A stretch of DNA of 64,000 nt from the NCBI RefSeq assembly GCF_009914755.1, contig NC_060944.1; one strand, written 5' to 3'. The translations under genes and the position numbers were made by a program. Positions 23,260 through 36,583 of the stretch are shown here, one piece after another. The DNA is from the human T2T-CHM13v2.0 reference genome, Homo sapiens. Position 1 is the first letter of the stretch, and every line of letters starts with the position of its first letter. The notes below the pieces were generated by a model. That model was given only the letters and a program-made list of their open reading frames with translations. It searched no databases and was not told the DNA's origin.

Positions 23260-25504
23260 TGATAGGGTTTGGCTGTGTCCCCACCCAAATCTCAACTTGA
23301 ATTGTATCTCCCAGAATTCCCACATGTTGTGGGAGGGACCCAGGGAGAGGTAATTTAATCATGGGGGCCCGTCTTTCCTGTGCTATTCTTGTGATAATGA
23401 ATAGGTCTTATGAGATCTGATGGGCTTATCAGGGGTTTCTGATTTTGCTTCTTCCTCATTTTCTCTTGCCACTGCCATGTAAGAAGTACCTTTCAACTCC
23501 CACCATGATTCTGAGACCTCCCCAGCCATGTGGAACTGTAAATCCAATTAAACCTCTTTTTCTTCCCAGTCTTGGGTATGTCTTTATCAGTAGCATGAAA
23601 ACAGACTAATACAGTAAATTGGTACTAGTAGAGTGGGATGTTGCTGGAAAGATACCCAAAAATCTGGAAGTGACTTTGGAACTGAGTAACAGGCAGAGGT
23701 TGGAACAGTTTGGAGGGCTCAGAAGAAGATAAAAAATGTGGAAAAGTTTGGAACTGCCTAGAGACTGATTGAATGGCTTTGCCCAAAGTGCTGATAGCAG
23801 TATGAACAATAAGGTCCAGGCCGAGGTGATCTCAGATGGAGATTAGGAACTTGTTGGGAACTGGAGCAAAGGTGACTCTTGTTATGTTTTAGCAAAGAGG
23901 CTGGTGGCATGTTGCCCCTGCCCTAGAAATTTGTGGAACTTTGAACTTGAGAGAGATGATTTAGGGTATCTGACGGAAGAAATTTCTAAGCAGCAAAGCA
24001 TTCAAGAGGTAACTTGGGTGCTGTTAAAGGCATTTGGTTTTATAAGGGAAGAAGAGCATACAAACTTGGAAAACTGCAGCCTGACTATGTGATATATATT
24101 AAAAAAAACACACATTTTATGGGGAGAAATTCAAGCTGGCTGCAGAAATTTGCATACGTAGCAAGGAGCCTAATGTTAATCCCCAAGAACATGGGGAAAA
24201 TGTCTCCAGGCCATGTCATAGACCTTCATGGAAGCTTCTCCCATCACAGGCCCGAACGCCCAGGAGGAAAAAGTAGTTTCCTTGGCTGGGCCCAGGGTCC
24301 TCATTATATGTGCAGCCTAGGGACTTGGTGCCCTGTGTCCCAGCCACTCCAGCCGTGGCTGAAAGGGGCCAATGTACAAATCAGGCTGTGACTTCAGAGG
24401 GTGGAAGCCCCAAGCCTTGGCAGCTTCCACATGGTATTGAGCCTGCAGATGCACAGAAGTCAAGAATTGAGGTTTGAGAACCTCCAACTAGATTTCAGAA
24501 GATGTGTGGAGATGCCTGGATGCCCAGGCAAAAGTTTGCTGCAGGGGTGAGGCCCTAATAGAGAACCTCTGCTAGGGCAGTCTGGAAGGGAAATGTAGGG
24601 TCGGAGCCCTCACTGAGTCCCTACTGGGGCACTGCCTAGTGGAGCTGTGAGAAGAGGGCCACCGTCCTCCAGACCCCAGAATGGTAGATCCACCGGCAGC
24701 TTGCACCATGTGCCTAAAAAAGCCACAGCCGGGAGGGAGGCTGTACCCTGCAAAGCTACAGGGATGGAGCTGCCCAAGACCATGGGAACCCGCCTCTTGC
24801 ATCAGCCTGACCTGGATGTGAGACCTGAAGTCAAGGTTTTAAAATTTGCCTGCCCTGCTGGATTTCAGACTTGCATGGGCACTGTAACCTCTTTGTTCTA
24901 GCCAATTTCTCCCATTTGGAATGGCTGTATTTACCCAATACCTGTACCCCCATTGTATCTAGGAAGTAACTAGCTTGATTTTGATTTTACAGGCTCATAG
25001 GTAGAAGGGACTTGCCTTGTCTCAGATGAGACTTTGGACTGTGGACTTTTGGGTTAATGCTGAAATGAGTTAAGACTTTCGGGGACTGTTGGGAAGGCAT
25101 GATTGGTTTTGAAATGTGAGGGCATGAAATTTGGAGGGGCCAGGGGCAGAATGATATGGTTTGGCTGTGTCCCTACCCAAATCTCAACTTGAGTTATGTC
25201 TCCCAGAATTCCCATGTGTTGTGGGAAGGACTCTGGGAGAGGCAATTGAATCATGGGAGCCAGTATTTCCCATGCTATTCTTGTGATAGTGAGTAAGTCT
25301 CATGAGATCTGATGGGTTTATCAGGAATTTCCACTTTTGCTTCTTTCTCATTTTCTCTTGCCACTGCCATGTAAGAACTACTTTTCATCTCCCGAATAAT
25401 TCTGAGGCCTCCCCAGCCATGTGGAACTTTAAGTCCAATTAAATCTCTTTTTCTTCTCAGTCTTGGGTATGTCTTTATCAGCAGCCTGGAAATGTACTAA
25501 TACA
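23260..25504 (+). mobile_element. Complete THE1A MaLR element (LTR 23260-23613, internal 23614-25151, LTR 25152-25504)
   Basis: Two ~354-bp THE1A-type LTRs (TG...CA), PPT ggaggggccaggggcagaa, perfect TSD gccag at 23255-23259 and 25505-25509. Confidence 0.95.
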
Positions 25505-25801
25505 GCCAGATACAACTAGGGACAACTAGAGACAGTCTCTATATTCCAAAACTCTTCAGATTATTTAAATTAGCCAATTCACAGGGAACCTGCAAAACCC
25601 TGCTAAACCCACTCTGCTTGCCATAAGTAAGCTGTCCCTTCATGCTCCAGCTTGCTATTACCCAGTCCCATGTGCATGACCTTGGTGGTCCAGCCTGGCA
25701 GTTTTCTCTACCTTGCAGCTATATGTAACAACAAGTTATGACTTTCACCTATATAAGTGTTAGTGTATTGTGCCCCACAATCAAAAAAATGTTTAAACCT
25801 G

Positions 25802-26099
25802 GGCCAGGCACTGTGACTCACACCTGTAATCCCAGCACTTTGGGAGGCAGAGGCGGGTGGATCACGAGGTCAGGAGATTGAGACTATCCTGGCAAACATT
25901 GTGAAACCCCGTTTCTACTAAAAATACAAAAATTAGCGTGGTGGCGTGTGCCTGTAATCCCAGCTACTTGGGAGGCTGAGTCAGGAGAATCACTTGAACC
26001 AGGGAGTCAGAGGTTGCAATGAGCCGAGATCATGACACTGCACTCTAACCTGGTGACACAGTGAGACTCTGTCTGAAAAAAAAAAAAAAAAAAAAAAAA
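25802..26099 (+). mobile_element. AluSc-type
   Basis: ggatcacgaggtcaggagattgagactatcctgg; long poly(A); TSD ttaaacct. Confidence 0.95.
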
Positions 26100-26607
26100 T
26101 TAAACCTTATAAAACAACTACTTGCCAGCAAAATTTTATGTGCTGGAAATATAACATGGAATAAGCTAACAAAACCCTTCCCTCAAATAACTTTCCTTCT
26201 CATGGATTTTGAAGCAAAAACTTAGGGGAATATAGGATATTACACAAAAAAGTCTTCTGTCCTTCACATATACATGCAACTTTTTAAATTAAAAAATAAA
26301 TTATTAAACATGGTCAAATGTTAGGTCAATGGACCCATTTTTACTAAAAGTTCAATGATGATAAAAATTAGGTAAAGGAGAATTGGGACATCCAACTCAT
26401 GAAAGCTAAGACATACAGGATGGGTAAGGGAAAATGTTCTGTCTGCATTTTACTTGACATTTGAATACATGTAGCTCTGAGCTGTACTATGAAACTTAAC
26501 TTGAATTCATGTGCACTGAGATATATTCTTTTTATCACTGTTCATTGCCCTGGTAATTACAGTATTGACTGAAAGCTTAGTTTAATTTGTATCAATTATC
26601 CAAAAAC

Positions 26608-26665
<58 letters not shown>

Positions 26666-26690
26666 CACACACACATATATATATATATAT
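26608..26690. repeat. Compound (TA)n(CA)n microsatellite
   Basis: Direct reading. Confidence 0.95.
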
Positions 26691-27368
26691 TTTTTGCCTT
26701 CTGGATCAAAGCTTGCCTGAGAACATTTTAAGTTTATTTATACCCTTGAATTTAATCTGGTAAAACCCACTGAAGTTGTCATCAGCGGGTGTCAAATGAG
26801 TCCTACTGATGGGATGATGATTTCTAACTTTACATGCAAACAATAAATGTTCCAAGCCTCTAATGATGTTTTTTTCTATTTTACTCAAAATAACTTCTTT
26901 TTTCACAATTTAATGGATACTATAAATATAAATCCATAGCTTAGTAGATATATTTGGAACAATAAACTATATAATCTTCTCCATTAAGTATTGTGTATCT
27001 TCAAAAAACTAGTTCATTTAATTCTAAAACAAAAGAAATGAGTCAATAAAATCAACACTTTCATTGAGTATCCACTGTCTATCAGTCAATCTCATAATCG
27101 TTTCACTTACATTTCTTATTTAGCTCTTACAATAAACTTAGTTTCCCTCATTTTATGAATGCAGAAACTAAAGCTCAGATTGGTTAAATGATTTATGCCT
27201 AATATCTCAGTAGGTGATGGATAAGGAATTGCATCTGACCCTAAATTTAGCCAATATACTTTCCACTTTCCCATACTGTTCACTGTTCAAGGTCTTTTAG
27301 TTTGAGTGGCACTAAAGTTACTCAGACAATCAGTTAGGAGGCAGGACATAATATCAAGGGTTTCAGAC

Positions 27369-27787
27369 TGATATGGTTTGGATGTTTGTCCCCACCAAAT
27401 TTAATGTTGCATTGTAACTTGCAATGTCGGAGGTGGGGTCTGGTGGGAGGTGACTGGATCATAGGGGAAGATTTCTCATGAATGGCTTAGCACCATCCCC
27501 TCGGTGCTGTCCTCATGATAGTGAGTGATTTCTCGCAAGAACTTGTCATTTAAAAGTGTGGCACCTCCCACCTCGCTCTCTTGCTCCTGCTCTCATCATG
27601 TGATGTTCAAGCTCCCACTTCACCTTCTGCCATGATTGTAAGCTTCCTAAGGCCTCCCTAGAAGCAGCTGCCAGTGCTATAGTTCCTGTACAGCTGGGAG
27701 AACCATTAGCTAATTAAATTTCTTTTCTTTATAAATTTTCCAGTCTCAGGTATCTCTTTATAGTAATACAAGAATGGACTAAATACA
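27369..27787 (+). mobile_element. MSTB-like MaLR solo LTR
   Basis: tgatatggtttggatgtttgtccc...gaatggactaaataca; perfect TSD cagac (27364-27368, 27788-27792). Confidence 0.92.
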
Positions 27788-28059
27788 CAGACTGTGGGTC
27801 AAACTCTTACAAATGAGACAAGTCCTAGTCATGATCTTAGCCCAATGGATGCATCTGAATTCAAGCCATCGAATGGAATGCACATAAAGATAAAATTTGG
27901 TTTGACATGAGCAGGTGGGTTAGTATTGTAAAGGACAACCAAGTATAGGCCAATTTAGCTGTGCTCCCAAGCAGAATAAACCTGGGTATTCTTGGCAGAA
28001 GAATCATTTGGAAATGGAGACAGACTCTGGTTAGAGATTCAGTCCTGAACCAGGGCTAT

Positions 28060-28525
28060 ATCTCAAAGTTTCTGTGGGTCAGGAACATCTGGGTATAGTT
28101 TAGATGTGTTATCTACATCAGTGTTAGAACAGGCTACAATCAAAGTATCAACTGGGTTGCATTTTCATCTGGAGGCTTGATTGTAGAAGTGGTCACTTTA
28201 AAACTCACTCAAGTTGCTCCAGAATGAATTTTCTTTGGGCGGTAGGGCTGAGAATTTCAGACTTTAGCTGATCATTAGCCAATGCCACTTTAGTTCCTGA
28301 AGGAGACCCACAGTTCTTTGCCTGGTGACCCTCTTCATGGGAGTTTGCTATACAGCAGCTTGCTTCTACAAGGCCAGCAGAAGAGGAGGAGTGAGTCTGC
28401 TAGCGAAGATCATAGGTCATAGGTCTTATATACACCTGAGAGGGGAGGATTACAGTGTTGAAAGAAAAGTGTGAATGCCAGGGTCAGGGATCATAAAAAC
28501 CTTATTAAAGTCTGTCTTCCCTACA
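28060..28525 (-). mobile_element. MLT1-type LTR fragment
   Basis: ctcaaagtttctgtgggtcagga...aggctacaatcaaag...catctggaggcttga...gtagggctgag motifs. Confidence 0.55.
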
Positions 28526-28854
28526 TAGTGAAACATACTAATTTCCATCTATTTAGCACTGTATTAAGATAGATGCCTAATCAGGTTTGCAATATATTTG
28601 ATGGTATGTTTGGAAGAAAAAGTGATTGCTCTCCACTTCTTGATGCAGTTTTTTAAAAATGTGGCTTCAGAGAAAGTATACTCTCTTTTTTTTATTATTT
28701 GTCACCAGCTACACTTTCACATGTTGGAGGTCTCAAGATTTACTCATTAGTTTATCCCTCAAGGCACTTCTCTGTTTCAATGTATTAGGGGTCACATTGC
28801 CTCATACTTCTCTGTTTCTTGTGCTTGTTTCTTTCATCTCATCTCTATGAATAC

Positions 28855-29917
28855 TCACTCCCCAAATTACTTAATTTGGTTTCACAGCTTGGCATATCAT
28901 CTATATATTGCATACTACCAAATCAAACTTCTCTGTTTTTGAATATCCAACAGCCTACTTAACATCTCCATCCCAGTCTCTCAAATGCCTCTAAAACTTA
29001 AGTCCAAAACTGGGCTCTTGCTCTTCCCTCAAAATCTGTTTATCCTTTCTTATTTCAGTAAATAAGGGTCAGTTCTTCCAGATATTCAGACCAAACCAAA
29101 CCAAACAAAACAAAAACCTTGGTCTTATCCTTGAATTTTTTTCACATTCTGTCATAACTTACATCCAATTTGAAAGCAAATATTTTGCTGGCTCTACCTT
29201 CAAAATACATCTAAAATCTCACCATATCTACTATTCCTACTGCAAAGTCTCTGATGCAAGCCACAGTCATCTCCTATTAGGACTCTTTCAGTACCTCTTA
29301 GGGGCTCTTCCTGATTTTCTACTCTTAGCCTCCTACAGCGTTTTCTCAATGCAGCAAGGGAATGAGGACTGTATAATATACATCAGATTATGCCAGTCCT
29401 CTGTTCAACTTATTCTCAAGGTTTATAATTTAAGTGGTCTACATGGGTTCAAATGATTTCACTGTCCACTGTTTACGTAATATCTCTCCCTATTATTCTT
29501 TCCTTGGATCACTCTACTTCAGTAAAACTGGAGAGAAGCATACTTTGGCCTCAAAGATGTTGCATTTTCTGTCCCTTTCTCCTAGAGTGCACTTTTCCTG
29601 GATATCCACATGATCTGCTGCCATATCTCTTTAAGGTCTTTACTCAAATATCACCTTATCTATGGAGACTTTCCTGTCTACCCTATCAAAATGAACAACC
29701 ACTTCATCCATCTCCAATCCCTGTCATGTTTATATCCACAGCTCTTACCACTTGAAAATCCACTTCTCTTGTTAATATATTTCTGATTCTATTTTCTTTT
29801 GACCTCTGCAAAGGCATATATTTTTGTAACTCATTTTGAACTGCTGCATCTCCAGAGTCTACTCTAGTTTCAGGCATTTGGTGAGTGTTCAGTTAATATT
29901 TGTTGAATAAATGAATT
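28855..29917 (+). mobile_element. L2 LINE 3' region
   Basis: gtccaaaactgggctcttg, ctctaccttcaaaatacatctaaaatc, terminal aatatttgttgaataaatgaat. Confidence 0.75.
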
Positions 29918-29929
29918 GACTAGGTCAGC

Positions 29930-30685
29930 TACATTGATTAATTTCAAATGTTAAATCAAACTTGCATTTCTGGGATCAACTCCATTTGGACATGATTCAT
30001 TATCCTTTTTATATATTGTTGCATCTGATTTTCCAACATTTTATGTAGAATTTTTGCATCTAAGGTCAGAGGCATTGAAATTCTCATACACTGTTAGTGA
30101 GAATGTCAAATAGTACAATGGTTTTGAAAAATTCTGTCTTATGGCCCAGCCTTTCTACACCCATGTGTTAACCAAGATAAACGAAAGCATAGTATGATGA
30201 AAACAATTGTACATAAATGTATATAGCAGCTTTATTTTTAATTGCAAAAAATGAATCCAACCCAAATGCCCAGTAATAGGTGAATAGCTAAACAAATTGT
30301 AGTATAGCTATAGAATGGAATATTACCCAGCAATATAAAGCAATGTATCATTGATATATGCTACAACAAGGATGCATCATAAATAATAATTCTAAGCTAA
30401 AGATGCCAGATGAAAAAGAATAGATACTAAACATTTTCATTTAAATCAAATATTCAAAAATGTAAACTATAGTGAAAGAAAATCAATTTGGGTTACCTGG
30501 GGATATGGTGGTAAAAGGGATGGGTAAGAGGGATTATGAAGAGATACAAAGTAACTTTTATACACGACAGAAATGTTCATTATTTGGACTTATTGTTGTG
30601 TGCATATGTCAAATATATCAACAACTTTATGTTCATCTTATTGTATGCCAGTTACCTTAATTAAGCTGTTTTTTAAAAAAGGAAA
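29930..30685. mobile_element. Ancient L1M fragments (antisense ORF2 piece, then sense 3' region)
   Basis: cttgcatttctgggatcaactccatttggacatg (antisense) followed by gcagctttatttttaattgcaaaaaatgaatccaacccaaatgccc (sense). Confidence 0.6.
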
Positions 30686-33600
30686 ATAAAAGGTAATTGC
30701 TACAATATAATTTTGTGATGCCTCAAATGATGGACTATCAGTATTTACCCTAGAATTTGTCAGTTTAGAGATGTGTTCTAAATGGCATAATTTTTATATT
30801 TCATATGAATTATACCCTGCTTTTTAGTTCAATTCAGCCAATAATGATTTTTGGTTAGCTAATTCAAAAATAGCCACCGTTTTCTGGAGATGATCATTTT
30901 ATAATGATTACAGTGAGTTAGAAACTTCCATGTTAACTCACTATTGAATTTTTTCTAGCTCACATTAATGCAATATCTGATCAGGAGCAGATAGAATGAT
31001 AAAAACTTATTTACTGCAGTTGGCTTTTCCTACTACTTCTTTGTTAGTCCAGTGAAATTTATACATATAAATAATACTGAGCCTGAATTGTCACTGAAAC
31101 TACTTTTTAAAAGGCTCCTTTCTCATATTTATTGAAGATGGAAAATGCACACTTTCTGCCAGGATGTGTACATGGTATGTGGGAGAGTGTGCAATAAATT
31201 AGAAATAATCTATGTTTTATCACTCTATTGCTATATGGTCAAGGGTATTGTCAAAAAGCCCATTCAAAGGGATACATTTTCTCCTTCAGAAGGGAAATTG
31301 CATGATGATTTTCAATTTGCGTGATGTGACCCAACCTCCAATTCTCCCTTGTCTGTGACTTCTGACTTTATTGTTTGAGCACAAAATATATTTAAGGAAC
31401 AAGTTGAAAATAGACATTATAAGAAGAAGTGATGCTTTCAGAAAAAAAATCAATGAGTTAATAGATCTTTGGCTAAAATCCAACAACTATTTGTCTGCTT
31501 CAAATAATCTTGTCTCTAGCTCTCTTCAGTCCAGACGTCTGCATGCAATTACATTGGATGCTCCCCCTATATATATATGGACAGAAAAAATAGAGTTTTT
31601 AAAACAAGGATATAGGCTATTTCTGACAGCTTTCTGTAGTATTGAAGCCTTTTTCAATAGTCATTTATGCTATTTCTTTTCTGTGAGAAACTGTATAGAC
31701 ACTACCAAATGATGCAGAAACTACCAAAACAAATTTTTAAACAAATAGTATTACAAAATAGAACACAAGGAACAACACTTACAGAGTTATAGTTCATGTA
31801 ACTATGGAGTGTGTGTGTTTGCTGTGCTTTAGAAAAATAAGTGATTGAAAGCCAAAGGAATCTAAACAGGTGTATGTTCTCTCTTACTTAAACTCTCTGT
31901 TGGATATCATTCGTTTTTCTTTTCCACATTTACCTTCAGTCCTGTTTTGTCCTTCAAATGAAACGCATTTGGTTACATAAAAGTCTTTCTTGGACTCAGA
32001 CTGTTCCCAGCGATGGAGATATGTGTGGGAGCCTGATGGGGAGCTGGAACTCCTGCCTCCCACCAGCGGGAAGGAGGAACTACCCCTCTCAGATGTCAAT
32101 GGAGGTTGAAGGGGGATCCAGAACTGCTACCTTAATCTGATAATAATGAGGTGGCATTTTCTGTGGCCAGGACAGTGTCAAGCCAGGTAAAATAGAGGTT
32201 TAAATATTAATAATATCCAGACCTTCATAAAACAATACCCAATATCTCTAGGTTTCAACTGAAAACAATTTGTCATTCAAAGAACCAGGAACGTTGGAGG
32301 GGGAATGTAAAAAGATAATCAATAGCTGTCAATACTGACTGACAGAGACATTAGTATTATTTGACAAATATTTTAAAGCAGCGACCATGAAAAACACTTT
32401 AACGACCAATTGTGGACGTGTAAAATAAATAACATTTAGAAAATCTGAGCAAATAAATGGAAGTTGTACAAAAAAAAATGAAAATTTTAGAACTGAAAAA
32501 TATAGTAATACTTTTCAATTAATTTAATGAAGCTATTATTACTCCATACCAAAACCACACAAAAACAGTACAAGGAAAAGAAAACTATAGACCAATATTC
32601 CTCATGCATATAGTTGTAAAAAACACTTAAAAAAATAATAACAAATCAAAGTTAGCAATATATAAGATTTAGGTAGGGTTTTTTTTTAAACATATTTTGC
32701 ATCAGATTTTCTCTAATTTCATTCTAGGAATTAGATATATCAGAATCTTCTCAGGATTCTGAATCTTTTTTTTAAAAAATCTGAATAATTATTTTAGCCC
32801 TACCTTTGTAGATTCTTATTCCACTGTCCTTTGTGTGTGTATTGTTGGGTATGGTATCAGAAATTCGGCTATTAAAAAATTCCCCAGATTCTGAAGTGCT
32901 TGGGAAAACACTGTCATAATAAATAAACTGGCAAATAGCAATTAAAAAATGGCAATTAACATGGCCAGTATTTGAGATCAGCATATCTTCTTAAAGTTTA
33001 TCCCAGACTTTCTACATGCTGGTCTCAGCCTGGAATGTCCTTTCTCTTCACAGGGCCAGAGTTTTACAGAACTTAGAAGTACCATTCACATGAAGAATAA
33101 TATTATGTACAGGAGGCACCCTTTCCATAGCTCCCTGGAGTCCTGGGAGCCTATCGCCCTGAACCCTTACCTACTTCCACTCCTTCCTTTGCATCCCTCA
33201 AGTCTCAGCTTAAATATGAATTCTTCAAGGAAACCCACCCAGACCTGTGCCCCTAACCCCAGATGAAATGAAATATTCCTAACACTTTCCTAGCAACCAG
33301 TACTTTGCTGTAACATTTACTGATGTCAAAATTAAATAATAATGATTATGTTTTAAAATTTCTATTCTAATAATTATCATTTCTTCTGGAAATGAAGAGT
33401 ATTCCTTCAGAGTTTCATAATCTATGTGTGGGAATCTGGACTTTTTCTATGGACAAAAGAAAGCTAATAAAAGAAAATACACATGAGAAAGAAATGATCA
33501 GATTCATATTCACAATATATAACTTAGCCTGAGTGCAGGGGATGGGAAGGAGAGGGAAGCGGGAAGGACCTACCAGTCAGGGAGGCCAGTTAGGAAGTCT

Positions 33601-33751
33601 GTGTAGATGAGCCCCTGGTGGAGTCCCAGCATAGCACTGATGAAGATGGAAAGATGTAGATGGAAAGATGATAAAATGGGTAGACTTGGGAGGGAGAAGA
33701 AATGATCAAGAATTGTGGATTGGAGACCAGATGCTCAGAAGTGGAAGGCAG

Positions 33752-34066
33752 GGCCAGGCACGATGGCTCACGCCTGTAATCTCAGCACGTTGGGAGGCTG
33801 AGGCGGGTGGATCACTCAAGGTTAGGAATTCAAGACCAACCTGGCCAACATGGTGAAACCCCATCTCTACCAAAAATACAAAAATTAGCTGGGCATGGTG
33901 GCAGGCACCTGTAATCCTAGCTACTCGGGAGGCCAAGGCAGGAGAATCATCGCAAGAACCTGGGAGGCCGATATTGCAGTGAGCCAAGATCGCGCCACTG
34001 CCCTCTAGCCTGGGTGACAGAGTGAGACTGTCTCAAAAAAAAAAAAAAAAAAAAAGAAAAGAAAAA
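33752..34066 (+). mobile_element. AluS (Sx/Sz-like)
   Basis: Full dimer and poly(A); TSD agaagtggaaggcag/agaaatggaaggcag. Confidence 0.96.
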
Positions 34067-34178
34067 AGAAATGGAAGGCAGGAAAAGCTGATTTCTGAGA
34101 AGGTGATGGCAGTCAGCTCTGCACCATCGTATGCTTAATTAAAATATCTAATACGGTTTAATTAAGTATGCAATGGTG

Positions 34179-34381
34179 CAGTGCTTCTGAACACGTGGGA
34201 TCTTGACCAGCTACTACAGCATCTCCTGGGAACTTGATAGAAATGCAAATTCTCAGGTCCCCACTCCTGACTCGCTGACTCAGAAACAGAGGGGAGAGGG
34301 GAGAGGGGAGAATCCCAGTCATCTGAGTTTTAACAAGCCTTCCATGTGATTCAGAAACATGCTGCCATTTAAAACCAACTG
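34179..34381. mobile_element. MER5A DNA transposon
   Basis: cagtgcttct...cagcatctcctgggaacttgatagaaatgcaaattctcagg...ttttaacaagccttccatgtgattc...aaccaactg. Confidence 0.8.
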
Positions 34382-35357
34382 CAACAGTGCTTCAGTGTTT
34401 GGGTATAAGTATCAGCTCTTCCACTTAGCAGCCTATGAGACCTTGACCAGGTTAGTTCATCTTTCTAAATCTCCTTTTCCCTCCTGTGTAAAATAAAGAT
34501 TGCAAGACTTATGTTGAGTTAGATAAAGCACATAGCATTATAATTAGCAATTAATAGTTATAATGCTTGATGTTTTTTGTCACACACACATGAAAACATA
34601 TATCTATGCCACAGCCTTTGGTAGCAAATAAAACTGACTTCCTTGCTGTCTGTTGGGAGGAGAAATGCTTGTAGAGGACCCTTAATTTATCCAGCAGGAA
34701 AAGAGCTACAAATTTATTCTCCTATGTTCTAATCATAGCACTAGAGACCAAAGAAAATTTTTGGTAAGGTAAAGGATTAGAAGCATGTGTAATTATTTTT
34801 CATGAAAGCACAGGAAAGTTGATATTAAAGGCCTTTAAAGGGACAAATCTCAGCACGTTGTACTTTTATGTTTGAAAGGGAGAGAGAGAGACAGGTTCAG
34901 GGCCAGAAAGAGCAATGATCCATAAGGCTGGTACTTTGATTAGAGGAAAGGCTACTGGAATCTAGTTAGGCATCCATCCTTTTTACTTTCAATTTCATCC
35001 TTAAAAGTTGTCTGGATCAGGCCAGCTCTGTCCGCCAGTTCTTAACTACAAAGAGTTGGGAGATGGTACCTCAAGACAGCCCATCTTCTTCAATCATTTT
35101 GAAGGAAACTTTGGCGATAAAAGCAGAACTGTGAGCAGGTACATTTTAATTCATAGTTAACAAAAGAAACCATTTTCATTCTGCATGGCCAAATACCAGG
35201 CTATTAAAAAAAATGTATCAATGTGATAGGGGATGCTAAGCAAGGCTGCATATGTGAGTATAACTGACTGGTAAAAAATAAATTGAACATGAAAAGACTA
35301 ATGCTTTGTCAAAGTGGAACAAAAATGAGCAAGGAATACAAATTGCTGGAGATAATG

Positions 35358-35371
35358 GTTGCCATGGCAAT
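35358..35371. promoter_or_regulatory. Candidate RFX X-box
   Basis: gttgccatggcaat, 13/14 match to the palindromic GTTGCCATGGCAAC, in non-repeat-looking DNA. Confidence 0.45.
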
Positions 35372-35947
35372 TGTTTGTCCAGGCCCAAACTGTGGTAACT
35401 TAGGTAAGAGTAACAGAAAATGAAAGCTTTTAGTAGCACTTCCCCACTATGATTTTGTTGCTGCTGCAGGCTTGGTTAGTATGACTCAATATCCCTTCCT
35501 GGCCCTCTGGAAGCCCCAACACAATTATAATTTGCTAAATAAGGAAGAAGGAGATTTGCTTAAATCCCACTCGGAGCAGCAGGTCGTTTCTGAAATCATC
35601 ATTATTTACCAAACACACCAGACGTTTCAATGTGGGGTGATGTGAGTTGGCACAATTTTTCTGATGCCCCACTCCCCCAAAAAACAAGTAGCTTCCTTCT
35701 ACTAAAATATATAGTGGTGGGATTAAAAAAAATCAGGGTTGCAAAATGCTGGATTGAAGAGGTAACACAACACCAGCAGCTCCATTTTCTTTCCTATGCA
35801 TGGCTATCGATAGCCATTTCTCCCACATGATTACCCATCTGTTTGAGATGCTTACTGCATCATGCAAATGAAATGCACCTGTTTGCAGAAAGACACGAAT
35901 AATCTGGTTTCCAAGTATTCTTGGCTCTCAAACTTGCCTTTATTGAC

Positions 35948-35950
<3 letters not shown>

Positions 35951-35981
<31 letters not shown>
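35951..35981. repeat. (GT)n microsatellite
   Basis: Direct reading. Confidence 0.95.
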
Positions 35982-35986
<5 letters not shown>

Positions 35987-36583
35987 CTTTCATAATCAAA
36001 TTATTCTGACTCTAGATTTTCCAAATTCATCTTTTCAACTTTCCTATGAAAGGTGTTTAGGGGAGAAAAACTAAAATAATTAATGAATCACATGGGAAGA
36101 GAAGGAGATTTTGGAGGAGAGGAATGGTGTAGAAAATCAGGTTGCCCATTCTCCTATGTTCTGTAACCATAATTTAGAATCTTATCTTGCATGGTTTGTT
36201 GGTGAGAAATGTTAACATTTGCATTTCAAGGTAAAGAAAGGCTTTTACTGATGGCCAGTCACCAGGGAAACTTAATGAGAAGTTACAGTGGTTGGATTTG
36301 TAGCAACTTGTTTTCTGTAGTATCCAGGCAGCAGACGGCTTTGTGCACACAAATACAGAAAGTGGACTGCTTGTTAGGTATCATATCTAATTAGCTAGAA
36401 CCCAAAAAACTTCTGCTAATGATATTTTTATGCCAGGAGAGTTTGAGACATTGCACTCCAGTTTGGATGTTTTTAAAGAGTAAGAATCTGCAGGAATTAC
36501 ACACACAAATAAAACTGTTAACAGATACTTAGAGCTGTACACCTGTTACATCATTGGATTCTCACCACAATAGCATGAGGTTG

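Larger units (their letters stand above)
23104..26116 (+). mobile_element. ERVL LTR (MER54/MER73/MER74-like) split by THE1A and an Alu
   Basis: ccctagggccag|atacaactagggacaac...tttaaattagccaattcacagggaacctgc...tataaaaca rejoins across the insertions. Confidence 0.55.

Noticed and set aside
31371-31712. 113-aa ORF in non-repeat-looking DNA
   Set aside because: TTG start, no recognisable homology or convincing splice boundaries
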